Shown one piece after another: positions 1 to 8,246 of a stretch of DNA of 20,000 nt. This DNA comes from an uncultured virus (IMG/VR IMGVR_UViG_3300037847_002883) (lineage: Duplodnaviria > Heunggongvirae > Uroviricota > Caudoviricetes). Numbering within the stretch: position 1 is the first letter of the stretch; every line of letters starts with the position of its first letter. The DNA lies in the IMG/VR virus record IMGVR_UViG_3300037847_002883. The stretch is one strand, 5' to 3'. The notes under the pieces were generated by a model. It ran no database searches. It saw only the letters and a list, made by a program, of their open reading frames with translations, and was not told the origin of the DNA. Both the position numbers and the translations under genes were made by a program.

Positions 1-567
1 TCTCTTGTGTTAGGCACTTCTTCGGGGATTCATGCTTATCACGATGAGTATTACATTCGCCGTTTGCGTGTTGGTAAGAATGAAGCAATCTATGGTTATC
101 TCGCAAATAATCATCCCGAATTGGTTGAGGATGAGTTCTTCAACCCGCACGAACAAGCAGTTATTTCAGTTCCTCAAAAAGCACCCGAAGGTGCAATTAC
201 ACGCCACGAATCGGTATTTGATTTGTTAGAGCGAGTCAAAAACTTTAGTATTCGTTGGGTTCGTGCAGGGCATAATGATGGACTGAATACCCACAATGTT
301 TCCGCCACAATTTCTATTAAAGAAGATGAATGGGAAACAGTAGCCGATTGGATGTGGTTAAACCGACATTACTATAATGGTCTGTCTGTTCTCCCGTATG
401 ACGGAGGCACATATACTCAAGCACCTTTTGAAACCTGTGATAAAGAAACCTATGATAAATTGACCGAAACACTTCAAGATGTTGATTTAACAATGGTTCA
501 AGAATTACAAGATGATACAGACCTTTCGGGCGAATTAGCCTGTGCTGGTGGTGCTTGCGAAATCTAA
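1..567 (+). CDS. nrdJ: Class II (B12-dependent) ribonucleotide reductase, C-terminal part (5'-truncated by the window edge)
   Basis: Frame is open from base 1 (SLVLGTSSGIH, the segment that follows the KPSGT motif). Also HNVSATISI, GLSVLP, YTQAPFE and the C-terminal redox pair ACAGGACEI, typical of monomeric RTPR-type NrdJ. Confidence 0.9.
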   Translation, partial: SLVLGTSSGIHAYHDEYYIRRLRVGKNEAIYGYLANNHPELVEDEFFNPHEQAVISVPQKAPEGAITRHESVFDLLERVKNFSIRWVRAGHNDGLNTHNVSATISIKEDEWETVADWMWLNRHYYNGLSVLPYDGGTYTQAPFETCDKETYDKLTETLQDVDLTMVQELQDDTDLSGELACAGGACEI

Positions 568-576
568 GGTGATTAA

Positions 577-951
577 ATGAAACTCTCCAAAATTTCTAAT
601 TTTGAAGAGTATTTAGATGTAATAACAATAATGGCTAGAGATTTATCGGATGAATCTTTACATAGAATAGGTATGGCAATCAATGTCTGTGATTCTTACA
701 TGGATGAGCAGGAAAAAATATATAGGCTAAATACCACTCTCAAAAAATGTCTGTGGGAATATGAAGAAGCAATCAACATGGGCTTTCACAAATTCATAAT
801 CAAACAGACAGGTAAAATTAAAGAATTGCTTAACTACCACCACTATAATTGTGAAGGAGAATCATGCGATGTTTGTAATATATTGAAAGAAACTAAAATA
901 AAAATGGTGATTAATAATGAAAGAGAAGAACCCGCAATATATTCTCAATAA
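577..951 (+). CDS. Hypothetical protein, possible C-terminal metal-binding motif
   Basis: 124-aa ORF preceded by SD-like AGGTGA; HHYNCEGESCDVC near the C-terminus. Confidence 0.6.
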   Translation: MKLSKISNFEEYLDVITIMARDLSDESLHRIGMAINVCDSYMDEQEKIYRLNTTLKKCLWEYEEAINMGFHKFIIKQTGKIKELLNYHHYNCEGESCDVCNILKETKIKMVINNEREEPAIYSQ

Positions 952-1078
952 GAGAAGCAACAAACAAATAGCCACACGCTGTCGTGTATGTGGCGGCAAC
1001 CTTATGGTTGCCCATGAAATCAAGAACGAAATTCATGACAAATGTGATAATGATGATAAAAATGTATATATGATGTGA
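917..1078 (+). CDS. Small Zn-finger protein (53 aa, not in the ORF track)
   Basis: GGTGA then ATG at 917: MKEKNPQYILNKRSNKQIATRCRVCGGNLMVAHEIKNEIHDKCDNDDKNVYMM*. CxxC...HxxC motif; fills the gap before 1083. Confidence 0.7.
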   Translation: MKEKNPQYILNKRSNKQIATRCRVCGGNLMVAHEIKNEIHDKCDNDDKNVYMM

Positions 1079-1082
1079 TACA

Positions 1083-2240
1083 ATGAAACTAAGAATTAAA
1101 AAACCAGATGATAGTAATGATTATTTTGAAACGAACATTACTTGTGCTACCTATAATTTTAGAGAAGTTATGACGGTTAGTTATCTGCGAAGTGCTAAAG
1201 ACCCAATTCAAGCAGGATTGGAAGCCTTTTGGAAAGATATTATTTCTCCTAGAAAATCAAGGAGAACCTATTATAATGGCTTTGGATATAACTTTCATCA
1301 TATTGTTTTTATTGAAGGTTGTCCTATCGTTCTTTCAAGAGAAGGCATTCGTTATCAACTGAATGGTAAATCATACAGCCTTGCGACTATTTGTTCTGCT
1401 TTAGCAAGAATTACTTACAAATCATGTTTTGAGAAGAAGCCAGACGCTTTATTGTCTGCTTTGTATGCTACACTTAATTTACCAGAGAATGTCAAATATT
1501 GTATTGAAAATCGTGCGCCATTTCATTTCTTCCAAGACTTTGAGAAGCAAGATGTTCGTTTGAATGTCGTTCAAATTGATGATAAGATGCTCGCTATGGA
1601 AATCAGCGATGGTGTTTGGGGTGAAATAACTCCGAAGCAACTTGACTCTTACTGTAATTTCTATGTTCATGGTAAGCGAAGAGGCTCATGGAAGTATCTT
1701 TCTCCTAAATCCCTATATACTAGGTTGATGGGTCGTGAACCAACGGAGGCTGAATTGAAAGTGATGGTCGCCTTTTTGATGCAGAACAGAATGCAAGACA
1801 TTGTGGATGCAAGAGCATTAGAATTAGTGGCTGATATGTTGGTTCAACACAAAGGCCGACTATCTGCTGAATATGACAATGATGGGGTTCTAACAAATCT
1901 CTTCGTTAGAGGTAAAGATTATGATTGGCAATTGACAAATAATCGCTATAAGTCTGGTATTCAAATGGTTTCAACCTATGTCTGGCAACCAGTCTTAGAA
2001 GTCATTAGAGATGAAGATGATGTTAAAATCATCAAGGAAAAGAAAATGTCCGAACCAGATTGGCGTGGCCCAATTTGTATTGATAATATGGCTGATGGCT
2101 CTCCATTAGGCGACCAATTCGCCGCAAGAGCGTTAGCCCTTCTTAACGACTCCTTTACAATAACAATAGTGAATACGATTAAGCGGTATCTTGCCGCCGA
2201 ACCAAATGAATATAGGATTGATAATGATGATTTGCGATGA
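1083..2240 (+). CDS. Hypothetical 385-aa protein with a C-terminal GPICID motif (candidate E2-like or DUF4132-C-terminal-like domain)
   Basis: Long ORF overlapping the TFIIB start; C-terminal LFVRG...WRGPICIDNMADGSPLGDQFAARALALLND. The ORF is secure; the function is not. Confidence 0.75.
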   Translation: MKLRIKKPDDSNDYFETNITCATYNFREVMTVSYLRSAKDPIQAGLEAFWKDIISPRKSRRTYYNGFGYNFHHIVFIEGCPIVLSREGIRYQLNGKSYSLATICSALARITYKSCFEKKPDALLSALYATLNLPENVKYCIENRAPFHFFQDFEKQDVRLNVVQIDDKMLAMEISDGVWGEITPKQLDSYCNFYVHGKRRGSWKYLSPKSLYTRLMGREPTEAELKVMVAFLMQNRMQDIVDARALELVADMLVQHKGRLSAEYDNDGVLTNLFVRGKDYDWQLTNNRYKSGIQMVSTYVWQPVLEVIRDEDDVKIIKEKKMSEPDWRGPICIDNMADGSPLGDQFAARALALLNDSFTITIVNTIKRYLAAEPNEYRIDNDDLR

Positions 2241-3084
2241 ATGTGGTAGCAACAATAACTCATTTGATGAGATACAAGGCGAAAGAATTTGTAATGACTG
2301 TGGGCTTATCTTAGTCCAAGAGATGTTTGAAGAAACCGTTCACATTTTAGATACGGGCGGGAACCTCAAACATTCTGCTGATAAAGGCAGATTAGGTTCT
2401 GTTATTACAGGTAAAGGTTCTTACAAGTTTAATAAGTTCGGTAAGAATAGCGTAATTCCTCAGCATATTCAAAATGCTCTAATGCATTGTAATATGATTT
2501 TGGCTCATGTTGCTCCTAATTTGGGATTGAATGAGCGTGTTGAGAAACTGTATCTTGATTTACATAGTAAGGGCGTATTCGGAAGAAGTCAAATTGAAGC
2601 AAGAGCAACAGCAGTTGTCTTTTATGCTTTGAGAGAGAATGGAACGCCACATACCTTTGCAGAAGTTTCTGCTGAATTTGATGCTAACTTAAAATCAGTT
2701 AAGAGATTAGTTAGAAAGATTAACCAAGTCTTTAGAAACAAAGCAGGTTATAGTCCTGTTAATCCACAGTATCTTTTAGAGAAAACTCTCAATGATATTA
2801 CCGATGATTTGGTGTTTAGGAGACAAACTATCAAGGTGTTGGAGTTCTTTGAAACAAAGGTAGCGCAAAATACCTTCAACAAGGGAAGGTCATATTATGC
2901 TTCTATTATTTGGATTTCAGCAAACATGAATGTGAACACATTGATAACTCAAAATCTAATCACAAAGAAAACGGGGTTCTCTCGTTTCAATATTAGACGA
3001 CAAACAAAAGCAATTCTATCTATGATTGGTTTAGAACTAGCCAGTCAAGTAAAAGGAAAACAATTAAGCGAACTAGGTGAATAA
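2224..3084 (+). CDS. tfb: Transcription initiation factor IIB (TFB)-like protein
   Basis: N-terminal Zn ribbon CDECGS...GERICNDCGLIL. Cyclin-repeat motifs GRSQIEARATAVVFYALRENGTPHTFAEVS and YASIIWISA...ITQNLITKKTGFSRFNIRR. Start moved to the ATG at 2224/2227. Confidence 0.85.
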   Translation: MMICDECGSNNNSFDEIQGERICNDCGLILVQEMFEETVHILDTGGNLKHSADKGRLGSVITGKGSYKFNKFGKNSVIPQHIQNALMHCNMILAHVAPNLGLNERVEKLYLDLHSKGVFGRSQIEARATAVVFYALRENGTPHTFAEVSAEFDANLKSVKRLVRKINQVFRNKAGYSPVNPQYLLEKTLNDITDDLVFRRQTIKVLEFFETKVAQNTFNKGRSYYASIIWISANMNVNTLITQNLITKKTGFSRFNIRRQTKAILSMIGLELASQVKGKQLSELGE

Positions 3085-3085
3085 T

Positions 3086-3409
3086 ATGTTTGAAAAGGAA
3101 TGGAATAAAATAGCAAAGAAAGTATATAAGAACGCAGTTAATCATGGGTTTTGGAAAGAAACCCCGAATGATGGTGAACGCATGGCTTTGATTCATGCTG
3201 AAATTAGTGAAGCACTTGAGGCTTTGCGTGATGGAAACCCGTCATCTTCAAAGATTATTGAGTTCAGTAATCTTGAAGAAGAATTAGCCGATGCAGTAAT
3301 TCGTATTATGGATTATGCTTTCGGCAAAGATTTAGATATTGCAGGAGCAATTCTAGCAAAAATGGAATATAATGAAAGCCGTGAATTCATGCATGGTAAA
3401 ACATTTTAA
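3086..3409 (+). CDS. MazG-like (all-alpha) NTP pyrophosphohydrolase
   Basis: ALIHAEISEALEALR...LEEELADAVIRIMD (ExxE...ExxD motif). SD GGTGA precedes ATG 3086. Confidence 0.85.
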   Translation: MFEKEWNKIAKKVYKNAVNHGFWKETPNDGERMALIHAEISEALEALRDGNPSSSKIIEFSNLEEELADAVIRIMDYAFGKDLDIAGAILAKMEYNESREFMHGKTF

Positions 3410-3421
3410 GGAGGAATAAAT

Positions 3422-3979
3422 ATGAGAAAAGTATTAGTAATTGGAGCAGGCGGAATTGGAAGTTTTCTAATTCCTACATTAGATAAAGTTGGTCTTTACC
3501 GCATTCATGTGGCTGACCCCGATGGTGTAGAAACAAAGAATCTACCTTATCAAAACTTTAAGAAAGGTCATGTTGGGCAGAATAAGGCTCAAGTAATGAT
3601 GGATTCCTACGAATCTGTTAGTTCTTTCAGTAAATACCCAATTTTAACGGCAAAACAAATGGAGGGCTATGACCTTGTGATTTGTTGCGTTGATAACTTG
3701 GGCGTGAGGCGAACCTTATACAACACAACCCTTAAATGGCTTGACTTACGAGCGCAAGGCAGAAATGCCGCCCTTGTGTCGCATAAGGCCGACCCGAAGA
3801 TGTATGATATGCTCTTAGCAGGTGAAGAAGGTTCATTCAGTTGTCAAGGGGATTCTTGGGATGGAACAAATAGTAATGTTCATTTTATGCAGGTCGCAAT
3901 TGCAGGATTAGGCGCACAATGGATTCAAAGATACTTCAATGATGAAGAAGTGAGAGATTATATGGTGGTGAATGTATGA
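3422..3979 (+). CDS. ThiF/MoeB/E1-like adenylating enzyme
   Basis: VLVIGAGGIGS nucleotide-binding loop, DPDGVETKNLPYQ, GQNKA, YDLVICCVDN, WLDLRAQG. Candidate active-site Cys141 (FSCQ); no Zn-binding CxxC pairs. SD AAGGAGG. Confidence 0.9.
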   Translation: MRKVLVIGAGGIGSFLIPTLDKVGLYRIHVADPDGVETKNLPYQNFKKGHVGQNKAQVMMDSYESVSSFSKYPILTAKQMEGYDLVICCVDNLGVRRTLYNTTLKWLDLRAQGRNAALVSHKADPKMYDMLLAGEEGSFSCQGDSWDGTNSNVHFMQVAIAGLGAQWIQRYFNDEEVRDYMVVNV

Positions 3980-5019
3980 GCAAAAAAAGAAATTTTTGGA
4001 CGGATGAACAGTTAGCGTTCCTTGTTGTTTGCAGAACGAAGAAGCAATCATGGGAGCAGATTGCTAACTCTATGCAAGAGAAGTTCGGCTTTTGGAGAAG
4101 TCCCGCTAACATTGGCTCAAAATACCGTAGTCTATTTGATGGCGACCATGCCAAAGAATATACGCCCCAACAATCAAAATTCATTATTGATTGCTATTTG
4201 AATCACTTCCAGACAAAAGTGATTCTTGATGGTTATTTTGAACAGTTTGGTCAAAACATCAAGGAATCAGATATTGATGATGTCGTCAAAAAGCATCTAG
4301 CGACAGAAAAGAAAGTAGATGCTGAAATCAAAACAATAAAAACAAAAATTAAGGAGAGAAAAAATATGAAGAGAAACGCATGGACAAAAGAAGAAGATGA
4401 GCAATTGCTTGCTTGTGGTTCTTGGAAAGAAGCGATGGAATTGCAGAATGGTCGTTCAAGGACGGCTAAGAACAACCGTTGGGCTTTGCTACAAAAGCGA
4501 AGAAAAGAACAAAAGAAAGGCGCAAAGCGTGGACGAATGACAAAGGCTGAATTAGAAATGATTCGCAATTGTAAAACTGTTGAAGAAGCATTGGCATTGA
4601 ATTTGCGAAAGCCCGAAACAATTATTCGGCAATTTACTACTTTCAATTCAAAGAAGAAAGAAGTTGTGCTTGCTGTTGAGCCTAAGCCAAAGAAGGAGCG
4701 TAAGCAATATGCCCCTCGTTGGACGAAAGAAGAGGATTATGACCTAATCTTGAACTTTTACGAACTTTCAATTGACGAAGCCCGAAACCGATTTAATCGG
4801 TCATACGGGGCTATCGCAACCCGCTTAGAAAAGTTGGTTGATAGCACAAAGCCTGAGCATATCTCTATGCTTATGGAGGCTTCTAAGGAAATCAAGAGTC
4901 GCAAGAAGGCACAGAACCCAACGCCCAAAAAGAGCCGCAGAACGCTACGGAAGGAGCGAAAGAAGGCTAAGAAAGAGGCTAAGTTGAAGGCCAAGTTGCA
5001 GAAAATCCGAGGTGAATAA
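3976..5019 (+). CDS. Myb/SANT-like repeat, lysine-rich putative DNA-binding protein
   Basis: Repeats FWTDEQLAFL, EYTPQQSKFI, AWTKEEDEQLL, RMTKAELEMI, RWTKEEDYDLI, several followed by RS/RK-started recognition helices; very basic C-terminal tail. Confidence 0.7.
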   Translation: MSKKRNFWTDEQLAFLVVCRTKKQSWEQIANSMQEKFGFWRSPANIGSKYRSLFDGDHAKEYTPQQSKFIIDCYLNHFQTKVILDGYFEQFGQNIKESDIDDVVKKHLATEKKVDAEIKTIKTKIKERKNMKRNAWTKEEDEQLLACGSWKEAMELQNGRSRTAKNNRWALLQKRRKEQKKGAKRGRMTKAELEMIRNCKTVEEALALNLRKPETIIRQFTTFNSKKKEVVLAVEPKPKKERKQYAPRWTKEEDYDLILNFYELSIDEARNRFNRSYGAIATRLEKLVDSTKPEHISMLMEASKEIKSRKKAQNPTPKKSRRTLRKERKKAKKEAKLKAKLQKIRGE

Positions 5020-5021
5020 AC

Positions 5022-5606
5022 ATGGGAAGAATTAAAGATAAAATGATTAAAGACGGTGATGACGACGATGATGATGGTTATGACCATTATGAGATTGAAC
5101 AAGCAGAATTGGAGTATTTTCGTCAAAAAGCAATTGATGACATTAAGGCTCACTATGAGATTCTTTTGAACGAACAGTTGCGTTCTTGCGTTGGCCCAAG
5201 AGAAAAACTAGAAGGTGTTGCTATGCATTCTTTAGCATTTCATGACACTATTTGGCAAGCATCTACGGAAACTCTTCCTAATCTTGAAGTGCAGGTTGTA
5301 ATTGATGGAAAGAACAATTGTTTCGTTTCAACGGGAAGTCCGGGTTTTGTTGATTTCTTTGAGCCTCCAATTGGTATGACTCTTCCTATTCGTTGTTGGA
5401 TTCATACTCATCCATTTGGTGCTGCTTATTTTAGTGGAACTGATATTCGGACTGTTTCTATCTGGGAACCAAATATGGAATGTGCATATGTTCTTGGTGG
5501 AACTGGGCATTATGGTTTTTGGGAGAGTCGCTTTGAACCTAAGCAATTAGGAATCTATGTGAACAATGAAGAACATGAAATCCAAACATGGGGTGAAGAA
5601 GAATGA
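5022..5606 (+). CDS. JAB/MPN+ (JAMM) metallopeptidase
   Basis: E89 (LEVQ) and H128-T-H130-PFGAAYF-S138-GT-D141 give a complete E...HxH-x7-S-x2-D JAMM motif; acidic N-terminal extension. Confidence 0.9.
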   Translation: MGRIKDKMIKDGDDDDDDGYDHYEIEQAELEYFRQKAIDDIKAHYEILLNEQLRSCVGPREKLEGVAMHSLAFHDTIWQASTETLPNLEVQVVIDGKNNCFVSTGSPGFVDFFEPPIGMTLPIRCWIHTHPFGAAYFSGTDIRTVSIWEPNMECAYVLGGTGHYGFWESRFEPKQLGIYVNNEEHEIQTWGEEE

Positions 5607-5890
5607 GTAAGAGAATTAAAAGCGGTTTAAGCACCGCCGCAAAATATCCAGATAGACCGATGAGAGAAGCCGAAAAAATTTCTTTGAAGAAAAGAGCCGA
5701 GCGACACACAAATGCTCATCCTAATGATAAGAACACGCTAAAGGAAAACAAAGGTGTTCAATGGGCAAAGTCAAGAAAGACTGAGCGAGATAAGAAATTG
5801 AAGCAGTTTTACAAAACTCATGTTTATACTTGGGTTTCCGAAAACCGCCGAGCATGGGTCGCTATTCCTCCAATGGAGGAAGAAGAATGA
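5603..5890 (+). CDS. Hypothetical basic protein
   Basis: 95-aa ORF with ATGA overlaps at both ends; K/R-rich. Confidence 0.65.
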   Translation: MSKRIKSGLSTAAKYPDRPMREAEKISLKKRAERHTNAHPNDKNTLKENKGVQWAKSRKTERDKKLKQFYKTHVYTWVSENRRAWVAIPPMEEEE

Positions 5891-6105
5891 AGGCTTTGGG
5901 CAATTATGCAGTAATTAAACTGGAAAATTCAGTATCTGCATCAGGTATTCAGGTTAAAATTGATAGCACAGGTATTGTGCATTCTTGTCCCTCAATGCCC
6001 GAAGTGGAAGGTAAATTGGTTCTATTTGACGATAGACACCGTTTCGTGACTCACGAAGATATGATAGTTGTTTCTGTTGAACATTTATTGGGAGTGATTG
6101 AATGA
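5887..6105 (+). CDS. groES: GroES-like co-chaperonin (72 aa)
   Basis: MKALGNYAVIK...SASGIQV...GIVHS...GKLVLF...VVSVEHLLGVIE matches the Cpn10 pattern; directly upstream of groEL. Start set at ATG 5887 after GGAGG. Confidence 0.8.
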   Translation: MKALGNYAVIKLENSVSASGIQVKIDSTGIVHSCPSMPEVEGKLVLFDDRHRFVTHEDMIVVSVEHLLGVIE

Positions 6106-7625
6106 TTTTGAATGGAGAAGAAGTAAAACAAAAGTTGCTACAAGGCATTAACTTGGTTGCTGATACAGTTAAACCAACATTAGGGCCACAAGCAAAAACT
6201 GTGATTTTACAGGGTAATCCTCCTGTTGTGATTAACGACGGAGTGACGATTACAAAATATATTTCCCATGACGACCCTTATGTTCAAATGGGAGTTCAAT
6301 TAGTTCAAAATCTAGCAAGTAAAGCCCAAGAAGGTTCAGGCGACGGAACCACTACTGCTTGCATTCTTGCACAGGCTTTTTGTAATGAATTAATGAAGAA
6401 TGAAGAACACATGACTACACATGACTTTAATCTTCTAATGGAATCTCTTCGTGAGCAAACCATTAGTTTCTTAGATAGTATCTCTATGACTGTTGATGAT
6501 ATGGATATTTTCAATGTTGCTACGATTGCCGCAAACAACGATGCTTCTTTGGGTTCTTTAATCAAAGAAGCATTTAATACGGTTGGTCGTGATGGTGTGA
6601 TTACTGTTGAAGAATCTAATGATTATCAAACTCAATTGATTCTTCGTGAAGGTATGGAAATCCAAGAAGGTTATTTGAGCCATCTTATGTGCAATACGGA
6701 AAGTGGAAAGGTAGAGTTTAATAACCCTGTTGTTTTCATGTCAAATATGAGCCTTCGTCATTTCAAGGACATTATGCCTCTGCTTGAATATTCAGCGAGT
6801 CAAAGCCGACCTCTTTTGATTATGTGCAAAGGTATGGATGGTTCAGCACTTAACAATTTGATTATGAATCTAATCAATAAGACTGTTGAATGTGCAGTAG
6901 TTATGGCTCCTAATTTCGGAGATGCTCAAATTGATGAGTTGTCGGATATTCAGTCTTTAATTGGTGGTAAAGTCTTTGTTGAAGAAAGCAAGGACGATTC
7001 TAAACTCTTTACTGAAACTGATTTGGGAACCTGTTCTAAAGTCATTATCACAAAAGAAACCACGACCTTTATTGGCGGAGAAGGCAATACCGAAGATAGA
7101 ATCAAAGCCCTGAAAGAACAGGCACTTGATTTGAAAGGGCATGACTTGGCTCGGATTAAATCAAGAGTAGCCCGCCTCAAGGGTGGAATTGCTACTATCA
7201 AGGTTGGTGCTTCTTCATCAATTGAAATGCGAGAAAAGAAAGAACGACTTGATGATGCACTTCACGCAACAAAAGCCGCCTTAGAAGAAGGTATTGTTGT
7301 TGGTGGTGGTGTTCCATTTATTCGTCTTGCTTATGCCATTGAAGCACCCGAATGGTTTAGAAAGTCTGTTGTAAAACCTTATCGTGTTTTGATGGATAAC
7401 GCAAACTACACCGAACAAACAAGAGTTGTGGGTTTTGAAATTGAAAAGACAATTGATGGAACAAATCCTAACTGGGGATTCAATGCCGTTTCATGTCAGC
7501 ATGAAGATTTGTTTAAGGCGGGAGTCTTTGACCCTGTGAAGGTTTCTAAGAACAGTTTCTTAGCAGCATTGTCAATTGCTCAGTTGTTTTATTCAACAGA
7601 TGTAGCAGTATTAGTGGAGGAATAA
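6102..7625 (+). CDS. groEL: Group I chaperonin GroEL
   Basis: TVKPTLGP, INDGVTI, GDGTTT, TIAANND, GVITVEES, APNFGD, EKKERLDDALHATKAALEEGIVVGGG, GVFDPVKV; no GGM tail. Confidence 0.97.
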   Translation: MILNGEEVKQKLLQGINLVADTVKPTLGPQAKTVILQGNPPVVINDGVTITKYISHDDPYVQMGVQLVQNLASKAQEGSGDGTTTACILAQAFCNELMKNEEHMTTHDFNLLMESLREQTISFLDSISMTVDDMDIFNVATIAANNDASLGSLIKEAFNTVGRDGVITVEESNDYQTQLILREGMEIQEGYLSHLMCNTESGKVEFNNPVVFMSNMSLRHFKDIMPLLEYSASQSRPLLIMCKGMDGSALNNLIMNLINKTVECAVVMAPNFGDAQIDELSDIQSLIGGKVFVEESKDDSKLFTETDLGTCSKVIITKETTTFIGGEGNTEDRIKALKEQALDLKGHDLARIKSRVARLKGGIATIKVGASSSIEMREKKERLDDALHATKAALEEGIVVGGGVPFIRLAYAIEAPEWFRKSVVKPYRVLMDNANYTEQTRVVGFEIEKTIDGTNPNWGFNAVSCQHEDLFKAGVFDPVKVSKNSFLAALSIAQLFYSTDVAVLVEE

Positions 7626-7627
7626 AT

Positions 7628-7735
7628 ATGGATAAAGAGATTGTAAGAATGACTACCGTTTATTCGGATGGGACTATGTGTATTCTCATTAAAGAAGATG
7701 ATGGTCGTTTGAGAGTTGAATGGAGGGAACGCTGA
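7628..7735 (+). CDS. Small hypothetical protein (35 aa, not in the ORF track)
   Basis: GGAGG SD then MDKEIVRMTTVYSDGTMCILIKEDDGRLRVEWRER*; stop overlaps the next ATG (TGATG). Confidence 0.6.
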   Translation: MDKEIVRMTTVYSDGTMCILIKEDDGRLRVEWRER

Positions 7736-7851
7736 TGGAATGCCCTAATTGTAAAAGAAGCATTATGCCCTATTTTGGTGGGTATCATATGCGAAGATAT
7801 GGTATGTGTCAAGATTGTTGGGAAGTAAAACTCAAGGAGACTAAGAAATGA
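7735..7851 (+). CDS. Small Zn-finger protein (38 aa, not in the ORF track)
   Basis: GGAGGG SD; MECPNCKRSIMPYFGGYHMRRYGMCQDCWEVKLKETKK* with CxxC...CxxC; ATGA overlap with 7848. Confidence 0.7.
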   Translation: MECPNCKRSIMPYFGGYHMRRYGMCQDCWEVKLKETKK

Positions 7852-8246
7852 AAGAGAAAGCAATTACTGTTGTTTTACCTGCGCCACATAAGCAAAGGAT
7901 AAAATGCCCTATCTGTGAAGGAAACAAATGTAAAGTCTGCAATATGTCTGGGGAACTAGGTATTAATGTAGCACCAAAAATTCCGATTCAAAGGGCGCAT
8001 ATCATCAAATATGTTGCTGAAAATATGCACGAAGTAGCAAAGGAAATTACTCGCAAATATGGTTTAGTGCCTGAAATTAATACGGCTGAAGTGATAGAAG
8101 TAAATGGAGGACAATTTGAAGTTGTTCAGATTTCTAGTCTTGGCGGTGTTTGTTGGGTTGTGAATCGCTTGGATGATTTAGATACTCCAAGATATTTTAC
8201 ATCAAAACAGGAACTTGACAAGTTTAAACAGGGGTGGATGAATTGA
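7848..8246 (+). CDS. Hypothetical protein with a DnaJ-like CxxCxG zinc finger
   Basis: CPICEGNKCKVCNMSG; SD AAGGAG. Confidence 0.7.
   Translation: MKEKAITVVLPAPHKQRIKCPICEGNKCKVCNMSGELGINVAPKIPIQRAHIIKYVAENMHEVAKEITRKYGLVPEINTAEVIEVNGGQFEVVQISSLGGVCWVVNRLDDLDTPRYFTSKQELDKFKQGWMN

Noticed and set aside
538..567. AGG/GG near the C-terminus of the first ORF as a ubiquitin-like tail
   Set aside because: It is the standard CxGGxC redox tail of class II ribonucleotide reductase.
5055..5080. GAT/GAC trinucleotide run as a repeat element
   Set aside because: It simply encodes the poly-Asp stretch at the JAB N-terminus.
5830..5886. N-terminal extension of GroES given in the ORF track
   Set aside because: It overlaps the upstream gene; the SD and Cpn10 similarity both point to ATG 5887.
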